The notes beneath the pieces are model-generated. The model worked only from the letters and a program-made list of their open reading frames with translations, ran no database searches and was not told the DNA's origin. Made by a program: the position numbers and the translations under genes. Positions 8,397-17,649 of a stretch of DNA of 24,531 nucleotides are shown in pieces (within the stretch, counting starts at the first letter, position 1; each line of letters begins with the position of its first letter). The stretch covers positions 1 to 24,531 of IMG/VR virus record IMGVR_UViG_3300032283_000229. The stretch is one strand, 5' to 3'. The stretch comes from a virus (lineage: Duplodnaviria; Caudoviricetes).

Positions 8397-10223
8397 TTAG
8401 TATGTTCCACCATCTATAACATTACTCATTATAAAACTACCCCCATCCCATTGAACAAAATCACCTGCTACAGAAGCAGATGGTACTAATTCTAATTTAC
8501 CACTTGTATCTCTAAATGCTATTCGTTTAGTGTTGCTAGAACCACTTACTGCAGTTGCAGGTATATTAAATGATGAAGTTACTGCCGAAGCACTTACCGT
8601 ATTAAATACAACATTGGATGTAGTAGATAAACTGGCAGTAAATGTATTTAAAGATGAAGTACTTGCTCCAATTCCACCAAATAAAGATGTATAATCAGAA
8701 GTTCCTGCTAAACTGATTTGAGCAGAACCTGATACAACTCCCATTGAACCAACTACCAATATTCTTTGCTCAGAACCACTTAATCCAGCTATCCAAAAGT
8801 CCGAAGTTGAATTCCATAAAAATGAACCAGTACCAGTATTTGGTGCAGTTGGGTCTTTTATGTAGATACCACCATTTGCAACTCCCGTACCATTTAATTC
8901 AAGTATATTATCACCTAATTGAACGGTTGTAGAATTTACAATAGTTTGAGTTCCTGCTACTGTTAAATTACCTTGTACAGTTAAATTACCATTTGCAGTT
9001 AAGTTTACACCACTTGCTGTCAATGCAGTTAAGATAGATGATGTAAACGAATTTAATGAAGAAGTACTTGCACCGATTGATGTAAATTTAGTATCAACTG
9101 AACCTGTATAAGTTCCTAATGTTGTAAATTTAGTATCAATTGAACCAGTATATGAAGCAAGTGTTAAATTCTTTGTTATCTGAGATGCACTAAATACATT
9201 TGAATTTAATATTGAATTACTTACAGATGCCGAATATGTATTTAAATTCGTTATTGAAATATTTACACTTGCACTTGTTGTTTCTAAATTAGTTAATCTC
9301 GGTGTTGCCGAAGATGTAAATGAATTTAAAGATGAAGTACTTGCTGCTACTGATACAAATTTAGTATCAATTGAACCTGTATAGGTTGCTAATGTAGAAG
9401 ATTTAGTATTTTCAGATGCACTAAATGCATTTAAATTTAATAATGAATTACTTACAGATGCCGAATAACTATTTAAGTTACTTACGGAAATATTAACAGA
9501 TGCCGAAGTAGTTTCTAAATTAGATACTCTCGTACCCAATGCACCACCACCACCAAGAGATGCATTAATTGCAGCAATTGAAGATGATACACTTGTTATA
9601 TTATCTGTTAATACTCTACCTTTATATTGATATCCAGAAAGATAAACATATTGAGACGTTGTTGGTGCTAATGCAGTTGTAGTAAATTGTAAAACACCTG
9701 TCTTATAATCAAATGTGTAGTTATTTACTGAAACTTGGTCACCCGCAGTAACTCCTGCCGTTGTTGATGCAGATGATACGAATACTTTAACACCATAACC
9801 AGGAGTAGCATCTTCCGCATTTGCGTTTGTTAAAGCTACTGCACCATATTTTGGAGATATAAAATTAGTTTGTTGATTACTATCAATTAATTGACCGCCA
9901 ATACCTGCTAAAGATGCAGTTGAGTTGGATAATAAAAAGAAAACCTCACTTTTAGAACCAGTTGCTAAATCAGAACGAGTTAAACCTGCTCTATAATAAT
10001 ATTGCATTATATTCTGTCCACCAACAGAATATATAGAACCACTTTGTGCACTTCCACTAAAAGGTAATCCAGTAGATGGTATTAAAGCTTGGTCAACATA
10101 TACTTCATTGGCGTTGATGTCCAACGTAGATGTAAACGCCTCTTGTGAGTCCGTAAAACTATCATGCGTATATCTTCTACTTTGGAGTAGTCTATTGGAT
10201 TTGGATAATTTATCTATCGCCAT
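8397..10223 (-). CDS. Ser/Thr-rich fibre/appendage protein with a coiled-coil-like repeat
   Basis: 608 aa. It has an N-terminal globular region (..YTFDYKTGVLQF..YLSGYQYKG), a tandem 77-aa repeat, module B shared with the 1215-aa protein, and a C-terminal IDGGTY motif. Confidence 0.75.
   Translation of the reverse strand: MAIDKLSKSNRLLQSRRYTHDSFTDSQEAFTSTLDINANEVYVDQALIPSTGLPFSGSAQSGSIYSVGGQNIMQYYYRAGLTRSDLATGSKSEVFFLLSNSTASLAGIGGQLIDSNQQTNFISPKYGAVALTNANAEDATPGYGVKVFVSSASTTAGVTAGDQVSVNNYTFDYKTGVLQFTTTALAPTTSQYVYLSGYQYKGRVLTDNITSVSSSIAAINASLGGGGALGTRVSNLETTSASVNISVSNLNSYSASVSNSLLNLNAFSASENTKSSTLATYTGSIDTKFVSVAASTSSLNSFTSSATPRLTNLETTSASVNISITNLNTYSASVSNSILNSNVFSASQITKNLTLASYTGSIDTKFTTLGTYTGSVDTKFTSIGASTSSLNSFTSSILTALTASGVNLTANGNLTVQGNLTVAGTQTIVNSTTVQLGDNILELNGTGVANGGIYIKDPTAPNTGTGSFLWNSTSDFWIAGLSGSEQRILVVGSMGVVSGSAQISLAGTSDYTSLFGGIGASTSSLNTFTASLSTTSNVVFNTVSASAVTSSFNIPATAVSGSSNTKRIAFRDTSGKLELVPSASVAGDFVQWDGGSFIMSNVIDGGTY
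8718..9032 (-). repeat. Fibre module B, copy in the 608-aa gene (105 aa)
   Basis: LTALTASGVNLTANGNLTVQGNLTVAGTQTIVNSTTVQLGDNILELNG...GLSGSEQRILVVGSMGVVSGSAQ, collinear with 12372-12686. Confidence 0.95.
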
Positions 10224-10238
10224 TTTATTTCTTTATTA

Positions 10239-13200
10239 TTAACTAAAAGTTGTTGTAATTGAAGTAACTGGTGTTGGGTCTCCTTTATATCTTACTATCA
10301 CATAAATGTTAGTATAAGTTGCGTTTAAGTTCATACCATCTGCACTTCTCAATGGAATAGTATAAGTTGTAGTTGCCAATGAACCACCTGTATTACCATA
10401 TTGTTGAAAATTAGAACCAAATGGATTTTGCCCATCAGTATTTGCCGTTTTACTTGCAACAAAGTTACTTAATAAATCAGATGGGTCAAATAATCTTGCA
10501 TTACCTGCTCCATAAACTCCTGTTGCAGATGATTCAAATAAGATTAATGCCCCTATTGAGTTATCGGTTGTTAATCCCCAGTTTACTAATGTTTGTCCTA
10601 AATTCAAAGTCATTGAAGTTTTTACACCCGATGTTGTAAATTTACGAACATAATATTTGTAAGTTTTAGCCGTATCAGGGTCACCTAACCAATATCCATA
10701 AGTACCACCAGGTTTAACTAAGAATCCAGGTTTAACTTGCAAATCGTTTCCACTTAATTGATTTAATGCAAATGTTGTTGTCCAAGCAGTTCCACCAAAT
10801 GCCAATACGTTATCTGCCAATTGAATTCTATTACTTTCTCCAGTAAATGATTCAACTAATGCAGTTGAAGTATCTGCTCCTTGTGTTCTTGTAAAGTATG
10901 CTAACGAACCACTTGCCGCAGGTTGTCCAAATGTTCCTGCAACGTGATATGATAAAGTATTTGTATAAGTATCGGCTACCCCACCATAATCGTATCCAAC
11001 TGTATTTACAGTAAATGTTGTTGGTGTAAATGTAGTTTGTGTTACGTTTGTAATGTTAGCAGAACCAAATGTATATAATCCGTTTAATCTAATTAAATCA
11101 GTTTCAAATGGAATTGTAGCCGTATTTCTTACCGTTGTATTTGTACTATCAAACACACCATTCGCAGTTGATATTGTACCACCAGAAGTTACAACTGAGT
11201 TTACACCCGATGTTGCCGTCATACCCGTACCACTCAATGATAATTGTGCGTTTGTTCCGTTTAAGAATAGAGGAGCAAATGCACCACTTATTGAAGATGA
11301 AACTACATAAGTAGAACCACTTAAATAAGGTGCTCCTGATAATGAACGAGATACTGCGGTTGCGTATACTACCGATAAAACGGATGCCGTATAAACAGTT
11401 TGAGCAGGAACGTTAGTTGCTATTGTAGTTAATGGTGCGTAGAATAATTCTGCACCATTTTGAACAATTGCAGTTGAATATGTTGAAGAACCAGATGCAA
11501 TTGCAATTGATGCTGATATGTGATAATACCCACTACCACTTGCTCCGTTTAAAGTTGTAATACCATTATAAATAGAAGGTGCAAATGCAGCTGCAAATTT
11601 ACCATCTTGATATCCCGGAGGAATAACGGCAGGATTAACTGTGTTAATTTTAGCTAAAGTTACACCACTTGTAGTTCCTGCTCCAGATTGTTGTAAGTTA
11701 ACAACTGATGCAGAATTTGCCGTTAATGTTTTTGAACTATTGTCCATATAACGGAATGTAAACGAACTACTTACGTTAAATGTAGTTGGATTACCATTAC
11801 TTAATAAACCTACACCAAATAATTGAGCATCCAATGATGATGTTGCCACCGTTGTTCCGGCTGCTACCGATGTATAGTTGTATCCTAATGTACTTGTGTT
11901 ATATATTGTACCAATACCAGTAAAGATAGTTGAACCTGCGGTTGCAAATCCTTTACTTGCTAAATAAGTAATTGTTGTATTTGTAGAACTTTGTGGAATT
12001 CTACCTGTTAATGCAGTACCTGTTGTTGAGTTTGCTAAGTTTGCAGTTACCGAACCTAAAGTTCTTGTATTTGGAGATGCATCGGGTGCTGATGCTGATA
12101 ATAAACCCGCAACAAATCTCAATATTTCCGAAACGTTTGATGCTGAAGTAAAGTTGTTAAAATAAGAACCTTGTAAGTTACTACCCCATGCATTTGCAGA
12201 TGGTGCTCCAACATTTATATTTGATGCCGTAATGTTTCCTGCTATTGCTAAACTACCTGTAATTTGTATATTATTAGTAGTTGCGTATACAGAACCCGTT
12301 TGTTTAAAAATATTAGCAGATGCAATAGATGAACTAAATGTAGTATATCCAGTTGTTTGTGTAATATCAACTTGAGATGAACCTGATACAACACCCATTG
12401 AACCAACTACTAATATTCTTTGTTCAGAACCACTAAGTCCTGCTTTCCAAAAATCAGAAGTAGAATCCCATAAGAATGAACCTGTTCCCGTTGTAGGAGC
12501 AGTTGGGTCTTTTACAAAGATACCTCCGTTAGCTACACTAGAACCATTTAATTCTATGATGTTATCTCCTAATTGAACAGTTGTAGAGTTTACAATGGTT
12601 TGTGTACCACCTACTGTTAAATTACCTTGAATTGTTAAACTTCCGTTTGCCGTTAAATTTGTACCACTTGCACTTAATGCAGTTAATAATGATGCAGTAT
12701 AATTATTTAATGAAGTATTCCCATTACTTGCAGTAAAAGCATTTAATGATGCAGTACTTGCTCCAATACCACCAAATAAACCACTATAATCAGAAGTTCC
12801 TGCTAAACTTATTTGTGAAGAACCCGAAACTAAATTTTGTATTGTTATATTTTGAGTACCATCAAATGCAGTATTATTTATTAATCTTGCAGTTGTCAAT
12901 GCATTTGCAACAGTTGCAGTTGCTACTGCCGAACCCACATATCCACCTTTAGTTGCTACTGCTACCCCCGTTCTCGGAGATGAAAATGTAATAGTTACAG
13001 AACTACTATCATTTGAAACAATAGATTGTGGAATTATTACACTATTAGTATTATCATAAACTTGAATAACTGGATACGGAGTTCCTAAAAAGTGATTAAA
13101 TACCCAAGTTGATGCCGCAGATGCAGTTTGGTACATTATTGCATTTGAACTTCCGTTTAATGCAAAAGATGCCGTACCAAATAAAGAACCTGTAATTCCA

Positions 13201-13886
13201 TTTACTACTGTTAAAGAACCAGTTAATATTGTTGAACCACTAACTCGCAATGAACCAGTTATAGTTTGGTCTCCTCTAAATATATTAGAACCCGTTGTTG
13301 CTATTGAACCACTCCAAGCATTAATTGATGAAGTAAATGTATTTAATGATGAAGTTACAATTCCAATTCCAGTAAACTTATTTTCCGCAGATGCAGTATA
13401 TAAATTTAATGATGAAGTTGATGCTGCAACCGATGCAAATTTAAGTATCGTAGATGCAGTATGTGTATTTATTGCGGTTAATGAAGTGTTTATTGTATTA
13501 CCAACCGATGAACTTAAAGAAGCAAGTGATGCAGATACTGAACTACTAAATGGTTGAATGTTACCAACTAAATTTATTGCTTCATTTTTGTCAGAACCTA
13601 ATAAAAATAAAGTTGAACTTCCACTTGCATAAACAGGAATACCATCTACTAATCCATTATATACAGAACCAGAAAATACATTGAAACTCGAACCCGTAGT
13701 TCGCATAATTCTGTTAACTGCCTGCAATGAACCATTTTCAACTACGGCAAATACGATTGACGAACCATTTGATGCTGATATGTTAGATGAACCCGATGCA
13801 ATTACAATCTCACCTTTTTGAAGTGATGATGTTACTGCACTTAGTGCTTCTAAACTACCACGTCTTAATTTTATTATTTGTGCCAT
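10239..13886 (-). CDS. Large Ser/Thr/Gly-rich fibre protein (Mtd_N/gp37-like N-terminal motif)
   Basis: 1215 aa starting MAQIIKLRRGS...LQKGEI, the I.LRRG...L..GE motif found at fibre N-termini. It contains modules A and B, then a long unique beta-rich C-terminal half. Confidence 0.75.
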   Translation of the reverse strand: MAQIIKLRRGSLEALSAVTSSLQKGEIVIASGSSNISASNGSSIVFAVVENGSLQAVNRIMRTTGSSFNVFSGSVYNGLVDGIPVYASGSSTLFLLGSDKNEAINLVGNIQPFSSSVSASLASLSSSVGNTINTSLTAINTHTASTILKFASVAASTSSLNLYTASAENKFTGIGIVTSSLNTFTSSINAWSGSIATTGSNIFRGDQTITGSLRVSGSTILTGSLTVVNGITGSLFGTASFALNGSSNAIMYQTASAASTWVFNHFLGTPYPVIQVYDNTNSVIIPQSIVSNDSSSVTITFSSPRTGVAVATKGGYVGSAVATATVANALTTARLINNTAFDGTQNITIQNLVSGSSQISLAGTSDYSGLFGGIGASTASLNAFTASNGNTSLNNYTASLLTALSASGTNLTANGSLTIQGNLTVGGTQTIVNSTTVQLGDNIIELNGSSVANGGIFVKDPTAPTTGTGSFLWDSTSDFWKAGLSGSEQRILVVGSMGVVSGSSQVDITQTTGYTTFSSSIASANIFKQTGSVYATTNNIQITGSLAIAGNITASNINVGAPSANAWGSNLQGSYFNNFTSASNVSEILRFVAGLLSASAPDASPNTRTLGSVTANLANSTTGTALTGRIPQSSTNTTITYLASKGFATAGSTIFTGIGTIYNTSTLGYNYTSVAAGTTVATSSLDAQLFGVGLLSNGNPTTFNVSSSFTFRYMDNSSKTLTANSASVVNLQQSGAGTTSGVTLAKINTVNPAVIPPGYQDGKFAAAFAPSIYNGITTLNGASGSGYYHISASIAIASGSSTYSTAIVQNGAELFYAPLTTIATNVPAQTVYTASVLSVVYATAVSRSLSGAPYLSGSTYVVSSSISGAFAPLFLNGTNAQLSLSGTGMTATSGVNSVVTSGGTISTANGVFDSTNTTVRNTATIPFETDLIRLNGLYTFGSANITNVTQTTFTPTTFTVNTVGYDYGGVADTYTNTLSYHVAGTFGQPAASGSLAYFTRTQGADTSTALVESFTGESNRIQLADNVLAFGGTAWTTTFALNQLSGNDLQVKPGFLVKPGGTYGYWLGDPDTAKTYKYYVRKFTTSGVKTSMTLNLGQTLVNWGLTTDNSIGALILFESSATGVYGAGNARLFDPSDLLSNFVASKTANTDGQNPFGSNFQQYGNTGGSLATTTYTIPLRSADGMNLNATYTNIYVIVRYKGDPTPVTSITTTFS
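12372..12686 (-). repeat. Fibre module B, copy in the 1215-aa gene (105 aa)
   Basis: LTALSASGTNLTANGSLTIQGNLTVGGTQTIVNSTTVQLGDNIIELNG...GLSGSEQRILVVGSMGVVSGSSQ. Confidence 0.95.
12726..13196 (-). repeat. Fibre module A, copy 3 (in the 1215-aa gene)
   Basis: ITGSLFGTASFALNGSSNAIMYQTASAASTWVFNHF...ISLAGTSDYSGLFGGIGASTASLNAFTAS matches both copies in the 1206-aa gene. Confidence 0.95.
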
Positions 13887-13927
13887 GTATATTTTATGTT
13901 ATTCTCCATTAATTGTAGTCATTATGA

Positions 13928-13936
13928 TATAAATAT
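13928..13936 (-). promoter_or_regulatory. Putative late promoter motif ATATTTATA inside an inverted repeat
   Basis: tataaatat on +, 41 nt upstream of the ATG at 13886. It sits within atgatat-aa-atatcat (13924-13939). Confidence 0.55.
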
Positions 13937-13974
13937 CATCTTTACCGAATAACCGATACTTTTATTTTATATAT

Positions 13975-14325
13975 TTACCATTCACCTTGGTCAATTACAT
14001 TGGAAACTGCACTTCCACTAATTGATGGGTCTATTGGAGGATTTTGAGTACTACCAGATTGTCCATTTAACCATAGTTGACCAGGTACATTATTATCGTT
14101 ATCATTTAATCCACCATTAGGTAAATTATTTGCATTTACAATTGCCAATGCCCCACTAACTATTAACGAATATCTATCGGAATTTGTAGTTCCAATTGTT
14201 ATGTTATTAATAGTATTTCCATTTAATACATTTAATATAGAACCAGAAAAATCACCACCCGCTGCTCCTGCTGCAATTAATGCAGAACTACTTTCTATTT
14301 GTTTTAATCTTATTAAATTTGCCAT
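13975..14325 (-). CDS. Small virion-associated hypothetical protein
   Basis: 116 aa. The N-terminus MANLIRLKQI and C-terminus SNVIDQGEW echo the termini of the neighbouring fibre proteins. Confidence 0.7.
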   Translation of the reverse strand: MANLIRLKQIESSSALIAAGAAGGDFSGSILNVLNGNTINNITIGTTNSDRYSLIVSGALAIVNANNLPNGGLNDNDNNVPGQLWLNGQSGSTQNPPIDPSISGSAVSNVIDQGEW

Positions 14326-14328
14326 ATG

Positions 14329-14337
14329 TATAAATAT
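14329..14337 (-). promoter_or_regulatory. Putative late promoter motif ATATTTATA
   Basis: tataaatat on +, only 3 nt upstream of the ATG at 14325. Confidence 0.45.
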
Positions 14338-14350
14338 CTGTTATTCCAAA

Positions 14351-15145
14351 TTATCTAACCCAATACCAAATAACGTTCATATTATTATTGTAACTTTGTA
14401 AAGGTGCGGGTTGGAAGTTAGCACTTACATTTTGCATTAATGTTCCCCACCAATTTCCACCATCATCATGAGTTGTAGTAAATATAGCACTACCAACAAA
14501 TGGGGTTCCTGGATTTGCTGCATTGTTAGCGTACCATGGCATTCGTTTTTCTATACCACTATCATTGTAACTCCAAGTTGTAGTGCCACTTCCTCCAGTA
14601 TAAAATAATGAGATTGCTGATATGTTTTGACGAAAACCATCATTGCCAGAAACAGAATTTGTACCAAATCCTGAATTATCATATTGACCTACAAAACTAT
14701 ATGCTTGATTTGCTGTCCACGCGCCACCATTTCTTTCTCTATACTGTGCATCTATCATATAATCAAAACCACTTGCTGATTTTTTAATATAATCTGCCCA
14801 ACCAATAATACTATAATTTCCATTACTGCCAGCACTACCAAATGTATTACCTGCTACTAAAGTAGAAGGAGCTGCAGTTTGATTTCTAAGTAGAGCATTA
14901 CCAAATGTCCAATCCCAAAAATTATTCTGCATAATTAATGTCCAACCTCCACCCAATGTAGTCATATCACAATATACTTGAATTGGAATACCACCATTTA
15001 TATTTGAGTTTTGAATCCAATATAACCCATCTGCCGAAGATGGAAAATCTGTTTTAATTTGAAATGCCGAAGCACCTGCTCTTAAAGCAGTTACACCATC
15101 TTGTATACGACTTAATGTAAATCCGTTTGTAATTTGTATTGCCAT
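14351..15145 (-). CDS. Fibrinogen-like (YCDxxxxGGGW) domain protein
   Basis: 'SAFQIKTDFPSSADGLYWIQ...QVYCDMTTLGGGWTLIM' matches the N-terminal subdomain signature of fibrinogen-C/intelectin-like domains. An aromatic-rich C-terminal part follows. Confidence 0.85.
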   Translation of the reverse strand: MAIQITNGFTLSRIQDGVTALRAGASAFQIKTDFPSSADGLYWIQNSNINGGIPIQVYCDMTTLGGGWTLIMQNNFWDWTFGNALLRNQTAAPSTLVAGNTFGSAGSNGNYSIIGWADYIKKSASGFDYMIDAQYRERNGGAWTANQAYSFVGQYDNSGFGTNSVSGNDGFRQNISAISLFYTGGSGTTTWSYNDSGIEKRMPWYANNAANPGTPFVGSAIFTTTHDDGGNWWGTLMQNVSANFQPAPLQSYNNNMNVIWYWVR

Positions 15146-15754
15146 TTATTTAAATTTACCTATAACATAAATATCATCAAGTGTAACATTATCAAAATCT
15201 ATATACTCATCATTTAAAGTTATTACAACATTATCTCCAACTTCTTTAATTGTATAATTTCCTGCAATATGCAATCCATAAACTAATATTTCAAAATTAT
15301 CAGGAGATGCACCTTCCGTTCCATAATCCAATTTAACATTGTTTATTGTTAATGTATTTAAATTATTATCAAATGCATCAACTATTCTTTGATTATATCT
15401 TGCACTATTTTCTAATATTTCTTGATAAAAATCGGATATAATTGTTTTGTTATTTACAATTTTTATTGGATTTGGGTTGGATTTTGTATTTGAATTAAAT
15501 TTTGTTGGAATTGAAGTATCAAATGATGTATTATAATTGTAAGCTATTGATGCACTTAATTCTAACATTGCTTGTGAAGATGATAATGGATTACCATTTA
15601 TATCTCTACCATCAAATGAAGATGATAACGATGTTTGTAAAATATAATCATCCAATAAATTATCCAAATAACCAGAACCACTCAAATTATTTAAATTAAT
15701 TTCTTTGATTGCTCTATTTAGCTTTTTGGCATTTGAGTTAAATTGTTTAAGCAT
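15146..15754 (-). CDS. Hypothetical virion protein with a C-terminal small beta domain
   Basis: 202 aa, overlapping the upstream gene by 8 nt. The C-terminus 'FEILVYGLHI..NYTI......VITLN........DDIYVIGKFK' resembles the C-termini of the two upstream ORFs. Confidence 0.7.
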   Translation of the reverse strand: MLKQFNSNAKKLNRAIKEINLNNLSGSGYLDNLLDDYILQTSLSSSFDGRDINGNPLSSSQAMLELSASIAYNYNTSFDTSIPTKFNSNTKSNPNPIKIVNNKTIISDFYQEILENSARYNQRIVDAFDNNLNTLTINNVKLDYGTEGASPDNFEILVYGLHIAGNYTIKEVGDNVVITLNDEYIDFDNVTLDDIYVIGKFK

Positions 15755-16076
15755 ATTGTTCTATATCTCCTTTTATTTCTATATAATCCTGTGAATCTAA
15801 ATTATATTCAAATTGACTTTTAATGAATTTAATTAACAAACCGTTTCCACCGTCTTCAACTATATAATCCGTTGCACTTATTGCCTGTGTGTTAATATAA
15901 ATGTGTAATCTATCTTGTGTAGTTCTATATTCAATTTCTCGCAATATACTCACAAATCTCCAACCCGTTGCTTCAAAAATCCAATAAGTAGAATTTGTTA
16001 AATCTTTTGGAGTTAAAACTGTTTTGCCAGGTTTTCTACTAATTTTTTGTGTTATGTCTAATAAGCTTCTTTTCAT
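15747..16076 (-). CDS. Hypothetical virion protein (small beta domain)
   Basis: 109 aa, coupled to the gp15-like gene by a TAATG overlap. Contains 'LHIYINTQAI...DYIV......LIKF........DYIEIKGDI'. Confidence 0.7.
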   Translation of the reverse strand: MKRSLLDITQKISRKPGKTVLTPKDLTNSTYWIFEATGWRFVSILREIEYRTTQDRLHIYINTQAISATDYIVEDGGNGLLIKFIKSQFEYNLDSQDYIEIKGDIEQYA

Positions 16077-17191
16077 TATACAATATTAATAAATTTACCT
16101 GTAATAATAACTTCATCGGTATTGGTTACACTAAATTCTAAAGAACCTGTTAAGAATTGTAATGATAGTGATGTACTATTTACAGACCCGGTAATATGTG
16201 TATTCCAATAATATCTAACACCATTTATATATGTTTTAATATCATATTGATTTCCACTATAAGTTATTCCCGATGTAACCACCGATGCTAATTGTGGTGG
16301 TGCTTGTATTAATTTTATATTATTAAAGGATGCAGAGTTTGGTGTTGCTATTGAACCCGTCATGTTATTATTTATAGATAAAAAGTCAATTAAATCTTTA
16401 TTATCATAATATGGTGATGGGGTTGTAAGCATTCCTTCTAATCTACCATTTGCAGTTACGTCAGTTTCGGTTGCAACAACAATTCTTTTTGAAGAAAATG
16501 ATTTTTTAGTTGTGCTTTCTCCATCAAATTTTTCTGGAAGTAAATATGCTTTTACAGTTAAACTAAATTCAATTCTGTTAATTCTTTCAGTTCCTTCTCC
16601 TACTTCATTTACAACATTAAAATCACCTAATGTAGTTCTAAATTTAAATTTATCTTTATCTCCCCAATAAGTTCCTGTATATTGTAATTGCTCTATTACT
16701 GCATTCAAATGTTCTGTATATGAAGTCCAAACCATACAATCATAGTTTAATTCAACATATTCTGGCATTTGTATTTTATAAATTTCATATTTAGGTTGTG
16801 TTGTTTTACCCAATAATGTAAATCTATCGTATCTATTATCTTTTGAATATTTTGTAATACCAGAATATGAAACGTGTCTGTTTAACATTGGCATTTGGTC
16901 ATCTTTTGCAATTGATGTTCTGCGAATCATCATTAAAGGTAATTGAATTTTACCTTTATCATCTCTAAATACACCTTGTCTTCTTGCACCATTCCATCTT
17001 TCGGAATTACCATAAATTACAGGTATTTTTAATGTAACACCATTATTATCCAATACAGGTAAAGCAGTATCTTCTAAATAAGACATCATTGCATAATCTA
17101 TATCAAATAAAGATATACTTTGTTTTACATCTTCTTTTGTAGATTTTGATTGCAGAATCCTATCGGATTTTTTTAATGGGTTAGTAGACAT
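16076..17191 (-). CDS. gp15: T4 gp15-like tail terminator/sheath stabiliser with C-terminal extension
   Basis: Motifs 'KIPVIYGNSERW', 'LPLMMI', 'PEYVELNYDCMVWTSYTEHLNAVIEQL' and 'FSLTVKAYLLP' parallel gp15-family motifs (VPI.Y, LP.., P......Y.L...T.......I.EQI, F.V.G..YP). Gene order follows the gp13- and gp14-like genes. Confidence 0.7.
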   Translation of the reverse strand: MSTNPLKKSDRILQSKSTKEDVKQSISLFDIDYAMMSYLEDTALPVLDNNGVTLKIPVIYGNSERWNGARRQGVFRDDKGKIQLPLMMIRRTSIAKDDQMPMLNRHVSYSGITKYSKDNRYDRFTLLGKTTQPKYEIYKIQMPEYVELNYDCMVWTSYTEHLNAVIEQLQYTGTYWGDKDKFKFRTTLGDFNVVNEVGEGTERINRIEFSLTVKAYLLPEKFDGESTTKKSFSSKRIVVATETDVTANGRLEGMLTTPSPYYDNKDLIDFLSINNNMTGSIATPNSASFNNIKLIQAPPQLASVVTSGITYSGNQYDIKTYINGVRYYWNTHITGSVNSTSLSLQFLTGSLEFSVTNTDEVIITGKFINIV

Positions 17192-17192
17192 A

Positions 17193-17648
17193 TTAATCTA
17201 TTCTTTTTTCTATGTTTAGATTTGATTTACTTACTTGGAATGCTGATATTACAATACTCCAATTATTATCAGGAGAACCCGCTACAAATTGAATTTCGTT
17301 TGTATTATCAATTTCATAGTAAGAATCATCGTAATATATAACATCCCCAATTTCAGGATATACATTCCGTTCTTCACACAATTGTCTATCAACTTTAAAA
17401 GTCATAGTTTGTGTTAAATCAGCACCAAATCCTTCATATAAAACTCCTTCCGGGTCTTTATCCACTAAACCATTTAGTTCAACACCAGGATGCCAAGTTT
17501 TATTTAATGATTCTCCATAAATATTTACTGTTGTAGCATTTAAATCTATTTTAAATAAAACAAAAGTATTTTGTATCACAGTATCTACCAATTCTCTGGC
17601 AATACTATGAAAAAAATCTAAATCTCTACCTATTGAAAACTTTGGCAT
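17193..17648 (-). CDS. gp14: T4 gp14-like neck (head closure) protein
   Basis: 'NIYGES', 'FG', 'PEIGDVIYYDDSYYEI' resemble the gp14 P..GD.IY....FEI motif. It lies between the gp13- and gp15-like genes. Confidence 0.7.
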   Translation of the reverse strand: MPKFSIGRDLDFFHSIARELVDTVIQNTFVLFKIDLNATTVNIYGESLNKTWHPGVELNGLVDKDPEGVLYEGFGADLTQTMTFKVDRQLCEERNVYPEIGDVIYYDDSYYEIDNTNEIQFVAGSPDNNWSIVISAFQVSKSNLNIEKRID

Positions 17649-17649
17649 A

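Noticed and set aside
5544-13196. Repeated fibre modules as diversity-generating retroelement template/variable repeats
   Set aside because: All copies are in-frame coding sequence. Differences are mostly at third codon positions, not adenine-specific, and no reverse transcriptase gene is present in the window.
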